Assembly: GCF_018350175.1 (NCBI RefSeq)
Contig: NC_058368.1
Coordinates: 196,914,001 to 196,978,000, forward strand
Length of the DNA: 64,000 nucleotides
Direction: 5' to 3'
DNA from: Felis catus
Lineage: Eukaryota
Within the stretch, counting starts at the first letter, position 1. Every line of letters begins with the position of its first letter. This document shows, piece by piece, positions 1-12,529 of the stretch. Under the pieces are notes generated by a model. It was not told the DNA's origin. It saw nothing but the letters and a program-made list of their open reading frames with translations, and did not search any database. The position numbers and the translations under genes were made by a program.

Positions 1-449
1 TAGATTAGGTATTAAGCCCTGGTCTACTGACTTGGGGCCTTAACTCAAGTGAGGCTACTTTGGGCCTGTGGTTTTCTTTTTAACCTCAGGAAACATGTCT
101 CCAATAAATTATGAAGTGAAAAAAATAGGTGTCAAAGCTGAATGTGTCCTATGGTTACTTGTTGTAAATATTAAGAGATAAAAATTTACAAAAAAATAAA
201 ATTAAATATACGTATATATGCACATATTTGATAGCTATACATACACCTAACACACACACACACAAACACACAATATGCAGAGAAAAAGACTGGACATTTA
301 TACACAGCAACATGTTAACATTTGGTGATTGTCTCTTAAGAGATTTTTGTTTTCTTTTTTTTTTTCTGATTTATCTAAATTTTCTAAAATTTTCAAATAA
401 AATTGACATAAGAAGAAGAACAGTGAACATTTATAGGTGTATATGATTA

Positions 450-660
450 GGGGCGCCTTGGTGATTCAGTCGGCTGAGTGTCCGACTTCGGCTCAGGGCA
501 TGATCTCGCAGTTCGTGAGTTCGAGTCCCGTGTCGGGCTCTGTGCTGACAGCTCAGAGCCTGGAGCCTGCTTCGGATTCCGTGTCTCCCCTTCTCTCTGC
601 CCCTCCCCTGCTCATGCTCTGTCTCTCCCTCTCTCTCAAAAATAAACAAACAAAAATACT
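450..660 (+). mobile_element. Can-SINE (SINEC_Fc-like)
   Basis: tRNA-like head, CT-rich segment, AATAAA/A tail; TSD GGTGTATATGATTA at 436-449 and 667-680. Confidence 0.93.
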
Positions 661-2294
661 TATATGGGTGTATATGATTATCAAAAAGTCATTGGGTCAC
701 GTACATAGGAACTTATCAATCTTCAGAATCTTGAAGCCATATGGGTCAAAAGCATAAATGAGCTCAAAGAATGAAATTAATTGAAATTACGGCTAATGAC
801 TCCATAGAAAGTAAGAAATGTTCACGATAAGAATGTGTCAAATGTGTTTGAAGTAGCTACCGTAGAAGCAGCAATCCATTTTTACAAAGCCTCCTGAACA
901 ATGCAGAGGGGGGAAATGGGACCTGAGATAAGAAAGGGACACAGAAATTGCTGTCACTGTCAAAGAGTGGAAAAGAGACTAAATGGATTATCACTCTGAC
1001 CCAACAGGACGTTTCTGATGGTCTCTTTTTCAATCACTCCACTAACTCATCTGATACTGATTGTGCACAAGGCAGTTTAACAGTTAAACAACACCTGAGA
1101 CAGTGTTTGACGTCTTCTAAGACATTTCATTTTTTTTTTTTTTTTCTGTTTATTTGTACCAAACACCCCGGAGATAGGCAGACCACTCTTGTTTTTAATT
1201 TCCTCCCTACGGCATCCATCTATAATTGTTGTGCTTGTCTTTAACATTTTACTCAAAATGCACTCTGGTTACCAGTGCCCTTTCCTTGGGTAAACACTGG
1301 GGCTTTACAAAAAAAGGTTTTCAATTCATCTTGACCCATGAACATAAAAGTAATCACTGGGGCACAACTGTTCCAATTTTCATTCTGCCCCTCCTTTTTC
1401 TCTTTCCTTTGGTTAGACGTTCGGGTTCTAGTGCTTTCTTTGCCATTGAGAGCTGTGGGATCCTGGACAAGCCACTCTTGTCCTAGCGCGACACAAGTGA
1501 TACGTGCGAAGCTACAGTCCATGGCAAAGCATTTAACAATATGATTACTGAACTAGATGATCTCTAAATTTCTCTGAAGCTCTCAAATTTTTTTTTTAGT
1601 CTATATTTTTCGTTGTATTTTTAGTGAATTCATGTGATCCAGGAACTGCATTTTGGCACATTTTGCAAGTCTCCCTCCATTATACCAGAGCTGCTGCTGA
1701 TTCAGTAAGTACAGAATGATTTGTAACTCTAATAGTAGCACTAAAAACAGGTAATTCTTCAATTGCTGAGGTTGAAAATTACCACAAATGATGCATGATT
1801 TTAAGGAAAAGGCTGAGTCATAGCCAACACCTAAAAACTTTTATTTTCTACATTAAACCCCCCCCCAGCTTTTGCCTTCTTAAATCTGACACATTTAAAT
1901 CTTTAGATGGAATCAACTGAAATCACATTTGAAAGGGCTACAGCTACTCATACGGCATTTTAGAGCATTTTGCTGGAAATTGTCAGTGCTGGAATAGTGA
2001 CTATGACAGGCAGGAGACAAATCAGGAGGCTCACCAAATATATACTTAAAATCATCGTCACATCTCAGAGTTGGAAGGTCGTCTAAAAGTCATTTAGACT
2101 AGTGAGTACTAGAGTGTTTGATTTTGAAAGCCTATAAAAATTCAAAATAAATAGCAACAACAAAAAAGGAGGGCAAGCATAAACAGGTCGACTTTTAACT
2201 TTGATAAGTAAGGGTATGAACAAAAGAACAAAACAACCATCCCCTATTAGGGCCATTTGATAAAAGGTCACTTTATTTTTTAAAAACTGTTAGC

Positions 2295-2645
2295 TTTTTT
2301 TTTTCTTAATGTTTTATTCATTTTATCTTATTACACCCCATGTGGGGCTCAAACTCACCACCTCAAGATCAAGAGTTGCATGCTTTTATGACTGAGCCAG
2401 CCAGGTGCTCCTATAAAAGGGCACTTCACTTTTTTAAAATTTATTTTTAATGTTTATTTATTTTTGAGAAAGAGAGAGACAGAACGCAAGCTGAGGAGGG
2501 GCAGAGAAGGAGACACAGAATCTGAAGCAGGTTCCAGGCTCTGAGCTGTCAGCACAGAGCCTGATGTGGGGTCAAACCCATGAATGGTGAGATCACGACC
2601 TGAGCCGAAGCCGGATGCTTAACCAACTGAGCCATCCAGGCACCT
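2295..2645 (-). mobile_element. Two adjacent Can-SINEs (one short, one full-length)
   Basis: Reverse-complement SINE heads ending near 2410 and 2645, each preceded by a T-rich tail. Confidence 0.85.
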
Positions 2646-4634
2646 AACAGGGCACTTTAATGACATGTGTAGGAAGACAAATATCTAAGAATAAAGTACA
2701 ACTTGAAATTAAATAAAATCAAAGAAAAATGCGTTATACTGCTCTTATGTTCCTAATATCTTTATGGAAAACTGTTAAGACTTGCCCTTGTCCCTACACC
2801 GACCTTTGGAAATCCCTAATCTAGTCCATTCCATGCACACCTCTGCCTCCATTCCATCCCATCTCCCATTCCACAATGGAGTTGTATCCTCACCAGACCC
2901 CCTCTCCCCTCCAAAAAAAAAAAAAAATCCTTCTAAATGTATGCCCCATCTGCCCTGTGGGGATCTCCTCAAGGTGTGGAATCCATTAAATTTTGGATGT
3001 CTGTGGTAGAAAATCAGCAGGATAGTAGCTATCTCTGGAAACTTCAAGATGCTTACATCTGGCTTTTCTTTTTTTTTAAAGACCAGAATCTAACAGCAAG
3101 GAATTTTAAGTAGGCCAACCGCGCTTTAGAGTCACTAAAGGAAAATGTCTGATAGTGCTGATTTGGGAGACAGGCAGCGGGAGTTTAGGTAGCGCATCAA
3201 AACTTCATTCTAAACCTTAGGGGATCTGTTTTCACATTCAACATATTTGGACTAGAGCTTTATGAATACAAGTATTTAAGTAGGAATCAGAATCAACATG
3301 GAGAAAGTTTAGTTATCTTTCAGGATGAACCCCATTACTAATTACTTAATCAGCTTTCAAGGTTGCAGTCGGGTCTACATTTTTTTTTCCATTTCCATTT
3401 TAATGAAACTATTTTGAGAGATTTCGCTTAAACTTCTACAAGTGGGGTTGGATTCATTCATCAGGGTTTGATTCATATTACAGTTGATAGCATCAGCTTA
3501 CGGAGCTTTCTTTTGTGATCATTACTACTAAGCCGTTTTCTCGGGTCAAATTTTATAAACCAAAATGTGGTCACCATTTTTTAAAATCAACTTATAGTAA
3601 AAAGTTTTCCTCTATACACGTTAACAGTAACATTACAGTTTGCTGTTTTAAACGTTATCAATTTTATTTTTGTGATAGTTATTTCCACCCTATGTTTTTT
3701 GGATCAGTACTGCAGTTTTGAATATGACCAGTCACTACGGAGTTGTTTTGGAGGCGGGTGGGGGCGTTGGAATAGTAACTTCTACATGCAGTTTTCCCAC
3801 AGTTGTAAATTTTATTCTGTTGACTGATCTGCCACTCAAATTGAGTCGGGTATTGGTTTTTTCCCTGGGGACCAACTGTATCAGTGGAGAAACAACACAA
3901 AGACATAGGGCGGCAGGATAACTCCTGCTTCCTTCTTTTCCCTTCCTGTAATATGAGCTTCTCCAACACTCCATAAAGCGCAGAACTCTAATTCTTAAGA
4001 CTAAAGAGCTAGATAGACTGAGCCAAAACAGGGAACCCTGAACAAACGCAGCCCAGCTACGTCTGCTTTGCTCTTCTTCTCCACCAGAGGTGACAACCTC
4101 TCGCAAAACAGAACTGGGCTGGAATAAGCCGGTCTGAGGGAGTGGCCGGAGGAAAGATCGAAGGTTAAAAAAGGGCCTCAGATAAGGAGCAAAGGTCAGC
4201 ACCCAACTCCCAAGGAGGCCAGAAGTTCCCATCTTCCACGAAAAACGAAGGTGACTCCTCCCTAACAAGCTCTCGAGGCCGCGGGCCACGGGACCTTTCA
4301 GACACCAGGCGGGTTCGACGTGACTGTTTAACAGGTAGCAAGGTTGGAAGAGCCAACAACCGGAAGTGGAAGTGAGCCCCGGGCGGGGGTGAGGAGAGCC
4401 CGTTGCACGCCTGCGCAAGCAGCAGGATTGCATTACGCAGGCGCAGTTGGGCGGTGACGGGGTGACGCTCGAAGCGTGGGCCGCGACTCTCACGGATCCG
4501 GTTCCGCCCTCCCTCTGGTTGCCGACCCTCCGGGGCTAGCGCCTGAGATCCCTTTCCCAGAGTGCTCTGCGCTGTGAAGAAGCGGCTCCCGGGGACTGGG
4601 GGCATTTTGTGTTGGCTGGAGCCGGAGTAACAAG

Positions 4635-4655
4635 ATGGCGGCGTCGGCGGAGTGA
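4635..4655 (+). other. Short uORF (MAASAE*) in strong Kozak context
   Basis: AAG ATG GCG GCG TCG GCG GAG TGA; A at -3 and G at +4; overlaps the YY1 motif. Requires a TSS upstream of 4635. Confidence 0.55.
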
Positions 4656-5031
4656 CAGGAGTCCCTCCGGGCGGGAGCCGGCGGCAGTGGTGGCAGCGGT
4701 ATCGCCGCCCTAAACCACCGCGCCCCTTTTCCAGCCCGCGACGTCGCCGTGAAAGCGAGGCAGCGGCGGCCGCCCAGGAACAAGTGGCCCAGCCTGGTAA
4801 CCGCGAGAACCCCCTCATAAACTGCGGCCTGGCAAAAAGAAGCCGGACTGAGCGGCGGTGATCAGGTTCCCCTTGACCGAGTCTGGGCCCTGTAACGCCT
4901 GGAAAGAGCCAGCGCTTGCCGTTTCCTGCCGCCCTCCTCCGCAGCCTGCTCAGCGGACGAGCCCCAGAGGCCTCTGTTCTCCCCTCAGAGGTGTCGGGGC
5001 TTGGCCCCAGCCTCCATCTTCGTCTCTCAGG

Positions 5032-5154
5032 ATGGCGAGCAGCAGCGGCTCCAAGGCCGAATTCATTGTCGGAGGGAAATATAAACTGGTACGGAAGATC
5101 GGGTCTGGCTCCTTCGGGGACATTTATCTGGCGATCAACATTACCAACGGCGAG
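5032..5154 (+). CDS. CSNK1A1: Casein kinase I alpha, coding exon 1 (123 nt)
   Basis: [41 protein letters not shown] with the GSGSFG glycine loop; donor GAG|GTAATC. Confidence 0.98.
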
Positions 5155-5770
5155 GTAATCACCTGGGGTGGGGTTCACGACCACGCTGCGCCAGCCCTCA
5201 CTCCCCACCCCAACCCCCAAAGTGCTCAGGCCTTTCCCCACCGCACGCACGTACTGGGGAGGGGAGTCCAGAGGGAGCCAGTTTTCCCGGCTTAGGAACC
5301 TCCCCCGCTCTCTTTCCCTAAAAGGCAAAGAACCCGATAGAAAGGTTGGGAGAACTGTGAAGTTTCCCAGCTTGTTGAAAATGCACCTTAATCGAACTTT
5401 TTTAAGCCGTCGTTTAAGGTGAGAACGGCAAAACCGTATTTCTGGGATCCCCGTGTTTTTCTCTCTCTATGGATTTATTTTGTTGGGGTTCTTGCTTGCG
5501 ATCGTCAGTTTCCTTCTAAACCTTTCATTACGTTTTCTGGATGAATCATTTTCCTGCACCTTCGAGGACGTGCCGATTTCGTCACTATCCCCTGAAGAGG
5601 CCTTTGAGGCCGGTTGCCTCGTTTTATAATTTGAAAGAGAGCTTTCTCTCTGGGCCTCGTACTTCCCCTCGTAGTCTCGAGTCGGAGCTTTCCTAATGTC
5701 TCCCCTCCTTTCCCAAGTGACATTGAATCCTTAGGGATGTTGATGCCATCGTCCCCTCTCTCCCCTGCAG

Positions 5771-5877
5771 GAAGTGGCAGTGAAGCTAGAATCTCAGAAG
5801 GCCAGGCATCCCCAGTTGCTGTACGAGAGCAAACTCTATAAGATCCTTCAAGGTGGGGTGGGCATCCCCCACATACG
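5771..5877 (+). CDS. CSNK1A1: CSNK1A1 coding exon 2 (107 nt)
   Basis: cctgcag|[36 protein letters not shown]|gtaaga; includes the catalytic VAVK lysine. Confidence 0.98.
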
Positions 5878-7429
5878 GTAAGAACCCATAAGCGAACAGG
5901 CGGCGCACGGAGGGAAGTACGGAAATGGGGGAAATGGGTAGAGGCAGGTAGGAGCACCGGCTGGATCCGGGCCTTGGTGTTTGAGTTGCCTGGGTTTACT
6001 ATAGCCGGTGGTTTCCTGTGAACCGTGAGACGCCACAATCACTGAGTAAATTTTCAGTTTGCCAACTTCGCGTAGAATTTCACTTTGTTACACTGTGCTC
6101 CATTTAGCTTCCGTCATTCTTCCCGAGGCTTTCCTTTGCAGTTAAGTGTGCGGGTCGTCTTTGATCCCTACGCGGAAGGGTTGTCTGCTGCTTTCTTTGC
6201 GCCGGCACCTCTGATGTTCTTAGGTTTATCCAGGGAAGTGGATTTGAAGCTGCCAAGTGACCGGGTTCGGCCAGTTCGGGTTGCTATTGGAGCTGGCTTG
6301 GGAAATGGCTGCTCTTTTGTTGTGTTTTTGTTCCAACATGTCTTCCTCCTCCGCTTAGAAAATGGCGGAACGACGTGACTCAACCACATATTCCTGCCCT
6401 TTTCTATGCTGGGGTTCACAAGTGACCCTTCCTTGGTTCCCCCTTGAGCAGCCCAGAGTGGATTAAACCTTTGAAAAGCCAAGAATAAAGCTGCAGGCGG
6501 CGGTGGGGTCCAAGGAAGGGGATGGCATAATGACAGTCTGTTTGTGATCTCTGCAGCAGATGCGACGTGAAATTGTTCAATTACACTATGCGGAATCCCT
6601 CATAGTCCCTTTAAAAGTGTTAATTATTCTTTCACGAAGGATAATGTTAGCCGCGTTTCAGTTTGTGCACTAAATTTTTATGAGTAATGGCAGAGGCAGT
6701 TTGAGCACTACTGTATTGAAATTGACTCAGATCAGTTGTATTAAAAGGAAGATTAATCACATAACCACAGTGCGGTAAGTAGCTTTAACCTGTTGAGTTA
6801 CTTGGTCGGTAACTCCTCACGTCGAGGAAATTGTAGTCTTTTGGGGGATAGGATACTGGCGAAGGCAAATGGTAATAGTGATCATGATACGAGATGACCA
6901 GGCATTGGGGTTTTTTTTTAATGGTTAACTTTAAAGGTTGTTAATTTGACTTTGAGATTAAAGAGTATCTACCTAGAACAGGGGCCAGATTGTTTAAAGC
7001 CAAGCCATTTTTCAGCAATTACTCAAAAATAACATTTGCAAAAAGAACCAGAGAGAGCTAAAAACTGAGTGGAATCCTAGTCCCTGTAACCTCTTTTTCT
7101 GTTCCACTTTATATTTCTTATGAATTAAGGACTGGATTGCATACATTAATTCAGATGTGGAAACAATCAGAGTAATACTATCCTTAAAAAATCTCTAATG
7201 CTCGTAGATATTTTTGGTTGTAAGTGATAAATCATTTATTTTATAAGGTAGATAATGTGAAATCCAACATGATGGAAGATTTTAAGTGATTCCTATTCCC
7301 CACCCTCCCTCCCTTTTTTTAAAGAATTTTATTACATTGTCTAGTTTTTTTCCTCCCTCAAAATAAAAAGTCAATTGCATTAGCCCCAAAGTTTTAAACT
7401 CCTTTCCTTTTGCCTTTAAACACACCTCT

Positions 7430-7570
7430 CCACTCCTGGCCCCCACTGATTTGCTTTCCATCCCTGTAGTTTAACCCAGAATTTCACACACACGTAGTCA
7501 TACAGTAGTATGAGGTCGTTTGTGTCTGACATCTCTCATTTAGCATAATGCTCTTCAGATTCATCCATGC
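7430..7570 (-). mobile_element. Old L1 (L1M-type) 3' fragment
   Basis: Resembles L1MA/MB 3' UTR reverse strand (cactgatttgctttc ... catttagcataatg ... gattcatccatg). Confidence 0.6.
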
Positions 7571-7702
7571 TGGGAGGTTTTAGAAATTTCACAAATCAGG
7601 TTGGATTTAACATACTCAAAATAATTTTCAAAAAGCATTAAGCATCTGGCATTTTCAGTGCTAAACCCTTTTATCTGGTAGCCTTTATTTAAGAACAGTG
7701 CT

Positions 7703-7925
7703 GGGGCACCTGGGTGGCTCAGTCGGCTGAGCGTCCGACTTCGGCTCAGGTCATGATCTCAGGGTTCATGGGTTCGAGCCCTGCTTTGGGCTGTGTGCCG
7801 ACAGCTGAGCCTGGAGCTTGCTTTGGATTCTGTGTCTCCCTCTCTCTGCCCCTCCCCCACGTGTGCTCTGTCTCTGTCTCTCTTTCTCTCTCTCTCAAAA
7901 ATAAATAAAATGTAAAAAAATTTTT
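7703..7925 (+). mobile_element. Can-SINE
   Basis: Full head to tail; TSD TTTAAGAACAGT(G/A)CT at 7688-7702 and 7926-7940. Confidence 0.93.
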
Positions 7926-8580
7926 TTTAAGAACAGTACTGATCTAGACCAACAAGAGCAATGCTTAATATACTGAATAAGCACATGAATAAATGAAATT
8001 GTGAGCAAAATAATAGGCATCTATTATAAGATGTTGAGTGCAGAGAGAGTTGTAGTTATAAACTGGGTGGAGCTAAAGAGAGATTAACCTGGCTTTCAAA
8101 TTAACGCTTCCTGGGAGAGGTGATGGTATTTCAGGATCTGGCTTTAAGGAAGAAAGCTTGGTTGAACTGGTTGGGGAGGGCATCCAAGAATACCGGGTGG
8201 CTTCTGGGAGTAGTCTCTAATGCAGAAAGTAGTAATTGGATGAGGGTGGGGAAAGAGTAAATTTGTTTTAGGAGTGGTAGACTCTGGTACATAGGAACAG
8301 TAGTGGTTCATTAGCTATAAAGTGTGAGAGAACTGTTTTTCTGCTGAAGTGAAAAGGGTAAGAAAGACTTACATAAATTCTTTTTTTGGGTGGTTATAAC
8401 TTCCCACCCCTTCATTTTGTTCCCCACTGTTTCCATGTTACCTATATGTAGCATATATACAATAAATATTTACTTGGTAAATATTAAAGTAAATTGACAT
8501 TAGTTTATTGAGATGAAATAAAGTGGTCTGTGTGTTATCCTATGTTTTAGATGGATATAAATATAAAACATTTAGATTTT

Positions 8581-8675
8581 GGGTGCCTGGCTGGCTCAGT
8601 CAGTAGAGCATGTGACTCTTGATCTCGAGGTCATGAGTTCAAGTCCCATGTTGCACATAGAGCTTACTTTTAAAA
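8581..8675 (+). mobile_element. Short Can-SINE
   Basis: gggtgcctggctggctcagtcagtagagcatgtgactcttgatctc head with A tail. Confidence 0.8.
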
Positions 8676-8901
8676 AATTTGGAATTTGCTGCAGTTACAT
8701 TTAACTCATTTTCTTCCCAGCCTCCCCACCAATTTATTTTAAGATACTTCGGGATATCCTAAAACAAGGGCTCAAAATTACCTGGCCCACATAGCAGACC
8801 TAATTAAAAAATAGTAAGGGAACTGTTGTTCTACCGAAGCATAGCATCCAGTGCTGGTGTAAAGACCAGGAATGAGGGTGGTGTTCACTCTCCATATTTT
8901 T

Positions 8902-9124
8902 TTTTTTTAATTTTTTTTTTTCAACGTTTATTTATTTTTGGGACAGAGAGAGACAGAGCATGAACGGGGGAGGGGCAGAGAGAGAGGGAGACAAAGAATC
9001 GGAAACAGGCTCCAGGATCTGAGCCGTCAGCACAGAGCCCGACGCGGGGCTTGAACTCACGGACCACGAGATCGTGACCTGGCTGAAGTTGGACGCTTAA
9101 CCGACTGCGCCACCCAGGCGCCCC
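8902..9124 (-). mobile_element. Young felid Can-SINE
   Basis: CpG-rich copy; perfect TSD CACTCTCCATATTTTT at 8886-8901 and 9125-9140. Confidence 0.95.
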
Positions 9125-10769
9125 CACTCTCCATATTTTTAAGAAACTAGGGTCATTCTTTAGTTGAGAAACTAAAATCGTTAATTGACTTCTGGAAGCT
9201 CGTTAAAAATTACTGTATTTTTCTCTCCCTCCGTCTCTGCCCCTCCCTCTCTCAAAATAAACAAACATCTAAAACATTATTTAACAATTACTGCATTTCT
9301 TTTACAACCTTCTGTTTGTGCCCCTCAATTTGAATTGAATTAACATGATCTTTAAAGAAGGATTTATGCTATCAAGCTCTAGATTTGTCATGGGATATTG
9401 ACAGAGTGGTCTGGGGTCAGTCAATCCTTTAACCTCTTTGGGCCTACCAGTTAGTTTCCTCATCTAGGACATGCAAAGAGGATTTTACCAAGTTAGTAAT
9501 TTTCTAATTCTGTTGGAATAGGAAAGGAAAATAGTGGACAGAAAGGTTTAGGGTTTCCTACTCTTCTAGAAAAACAATTTTGCAAATTGAGCTTTTGGGT
9601 AGGATTTTATTTGAACAAGGTACCCAACCTAAATAGAAGTTGTTGACCTAGTCGATCTCAGAACTTCCAGCTCTGAAATTTCAGGATGACTTTTCAGTCA
9701 TGTAGGTTTTACCTTTGAATCTTAATTTAGTATAGAAACCCCACTCAAGACTATTAAAAATGCCATCTGCATCAGATAAACTATCGGTACCATTTAGAAG
9801 GAAGTAAATTAATGGAATATATATTTTTTTTTATTGGAAAATAAAGAAGATGGGAAGGGGCATGGGAGAATTGTTGCCTTATTTTTCTAACCATTTTGTT
9901 TTTTTGCTCTCTCTGAATCTTAAGAATTATAGAAGATATTTATAAAGTACTAGTTAATCCTTACTCTTCAGTGTTAAAAGCAGCTTAAATTTTAATCTTA
10001 GCTTTTTTGGCACTGAGCATATATCTTGCAAATAAGTTCTAATGCTGTTATCCGAGAACAAAGATGCCATCTGTACTGGATAGGTCTTTATTTGTTACAG
10101 ATCACTGGATGCATGAAAAATGTGATTTTTAACTCAGGGTAACTGAATCCACAATATACTAAACATGCTTTATGGTGGCTTATAATGGGTTTCTAGTTAT
10201 GGAATAATGTAATGATGCTTAAGTAGCATTAAGTAGCAGCATTTGTGAGCTGCATGAAACCTGAGAGATATAGCCTGATACCTCAATGCAAATTAGATTA
10301 CTGATTCTCAGAAAGGTTACTAGAGTCTCCTAACTCCTAATTTTTCTGAGCCATTTTTACCTTTATGTCAAGGTCAAATCATGCCTGTTCACATACTTCA
10401 TTCACACCTTTTCATGTGATGCTACAGAGCCATACTCTGCCTTCTTCTGTTTCTGGCATTTGGTCTCAGAGAAACTGAAAATCTTTTCTGTAAATACAAG
10501 TTACTTATTGTTGGTATTATTTAACTAGATGCTAATAATTTTTATTGCCCTCTTTGGCTCCATGGATTGCAGGATGAGAACTTTTGTTGGACAGTATTGA
10601 TTTGTAGCTTAAATAGAAGTAAATACTTGTGAGTCCATGTATAGAATATGTACTTTACCTTGGCTTTAATCATTTTTAGAGCTAGATCATTTTGTTTCAG
10701 AGTACCTAAAGTATCAGTTAATGAGGCTTTTTCTCCTGATTTGTCAGTGTTTAGTAAGGAACTTTAAAA

Positions 10770-10984
10770 TTTTTTTTTTAATGTTTATTCATTTTTGAGA
10801 GAGAGAGAGAGAGCACGAGCAAGCAGGGGAGGGGCAGAGAGAGAGGGAGTCACAGAATCAGAAGCAGGCTCCAGGCTCTGAGTTGTCAACACAGAGCCCA
10901 ACGTGGGGCTCGAACTCATGAACCTCAAGATCATGACCTGAGCTGAAGTTGGACGCTTAGACCACTGAGCCACTCAGGTGCCCC
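10770..10984 (-). mobile_element. Can-SINE
   Basis: T tail, (GA)n and reverse-complement head ending ...caggtgcccc. Confidence 0.9.
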
Positions 10985-11264
10985 GCCCTATAAGAAGCTT
11001 TAATGTCCAGAAGTCTATAAATGTTATAAATTGAATTTGAAACAAATGTTACGAATGGAATCGTTTAAGCTTATTTTGGTATGTTATTATCCGTCCTTAA
11101 CTTTAACAGTTTTTCTGAGGTTAGGTGAGTATCTTTCAAACTAAAAATGACTACTTAGTTAAAATGATGGGTTTTGTCACTGTTTTTGTTTCCAAAACAA
11201 TGTCAGGTGGCTTGAAATTTAAATGATCAGTAATCACATAACATGGACTAATGTTTTAATGATT

Positions 11265-11622
11265 TTTTTAAAAACTGAGATGTAACTTAAGAAAATGAAA
11301 TGTAATTTACACACAGTAAAATGCATAGCTTTTAATATGCCATCAAATGAGTTTTGACAAATGTATACGCTGGTATAACCCACACTCTCTATTGAGATAA
11401 AGCATATTTGATTTTTTAAAAACATTTGTTTAATGTTTATTTATTTTGAGAGAGGGAGAGTGGGGGGAAGGGCAGAGAGAGGAGAGAGAGAATCCCAAGC
11501 AGGCTCCGTGCTGTCAGCACGGAGCCTGAGCCGGGGCTTGATCCCACAAACCATGAGATCATGACTTGAGCCAACAAAACCAAGAGTTGGACACGTAACC
11601 CACTGAGCCACCCAGACACCCC
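11265..11622 (-). mobile_element. L1M 3' fragment (~11265-11410) followed by a Can-SINE (~11425-11622)
   Basis: L1M-like ...gagttttgacaaatgtatac...; SINE body gagaatcccaagcaggctcc...cacccagacacccc. Confidence 0.8.
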
Positions 11623-12529
11623 TGATTTTTTTTTTTTCTTTTTTTTTTTTAATGCTGCTAATCCTTGGTAAACTACATTTTGTGACAGGGTAGGTTTTTT
11701 TTTTTTTTTTAAGTTGGTCTTTTGGATTATTTTTACATAGTTTTTTTCTGAATATGATGTTGATTTGTCCACATGCAAGACTACAGGTTAGTAATCTTTA
11801 GCACCACTAAGTATGCTGTACAACTTGTCTAATGAAATAATCAGGTGGGAGTGATGAACACTGAGTGGCAATTGAGATCTTAGCCTTATTCTCCTTAGAG
11901 GAACCAGAATACTGCCTCTTCCTTTTCTGAAAGTCCTCGGTGGGATATGTTTTAATGGGGACCTTAGAAGTATTGTACAAAAAGATTTAGCTGTAGAGTA
12001 CATTCTGATCCTCAATGTAAAGGGAAATGGAAAGAGCACTATATGAGAGTCAAGAGTTAGAGATCTGTCTGTGATGTCATCTAGGTTTAAACCTAGAATG
12101 AATTCTAAAATTTGTAACGTCAGCTTTCATTTATACAAGGGCTTTTGTAGGATTAACTAGGTCTTAAGAAGTTTTCTAATGCATTGTATAAATTGATGGG
12201 ATTAGTAGGCTAAAATACGGCTCTTCTATTCTCTGATGCAATAATTTTCTCTAACTTTAATATGTAGTTGTCTTAATTTATGATGTTGATACATACTACT
12301 GAAACAACTGGGTAGTTTGTTGAATTCAGTTTGGCTAAACATTCCTTTTCCATCTGTGTGCAAGAAAGAAAAGTAGAATCAACTGTTTGGACATTGTACG
12401 TGGTCTGTGTCATTACAACAGTCCTGTAATGGGGGTTTCGTACAAAGTGTGAGAGTGAGGGGTTAATTTGCCTAAAGTCACACAGCTAATGTGTTGTTTA
12501 AATAGATCTTACTGCCTCTTCAGACTGTG

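Larger units (their letters stand above)
4130..5350 (+). promoter_or_regulatory. CSNK1A1: CpG island / TATA-less promoter and 5' UTR of CSNK1A1
   Basis: Abrupt rise in GC and CpG content around exon 1, with weaker CpG enrichment to ~6.8 kb. Motifs: tandem ETS/GABP ACCGGAAGTGGAAGTG 4359-4374, GC boxes GGGCGG at 4381 and 4449, NRF1-like GCCTGCGCA 4409-4417 and ACGCAGGCGCA 4435-4445, YY1 AAGATGGCGGC 4632-4642. TSS not determinable; boundaries approximate. Confidence 0.85.

Noticed and set aside
450..530. tRNA-like A/B boxes in SINE heads
   Set aside because: tRNA-derived SINE 5' ends followed by CT tracts and A tails, not tRNA genes.
4858..5031. In-frame GTG-initiated N-terminal extension of CK1-alpha
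   Set aside because: An open frame of 58 codons is expected by chance in a GC-rich leader; the canonical ATG has good context; no positive evidence.
5155..5295. ORF continuation past exon 1
   Set aside because: Read-through into intron 1 beyond the GAG|GTAATC donor.
4165..5328. 387-aa antisense ORF (and the 252-aa ORF at 3735-4493)
   Set aside because: They lie in a GC-rich CpG island where stops are rare, partly mirror CSNK1A1 exon 1, and give R/G/P-rich peptides with no recognisable domain.
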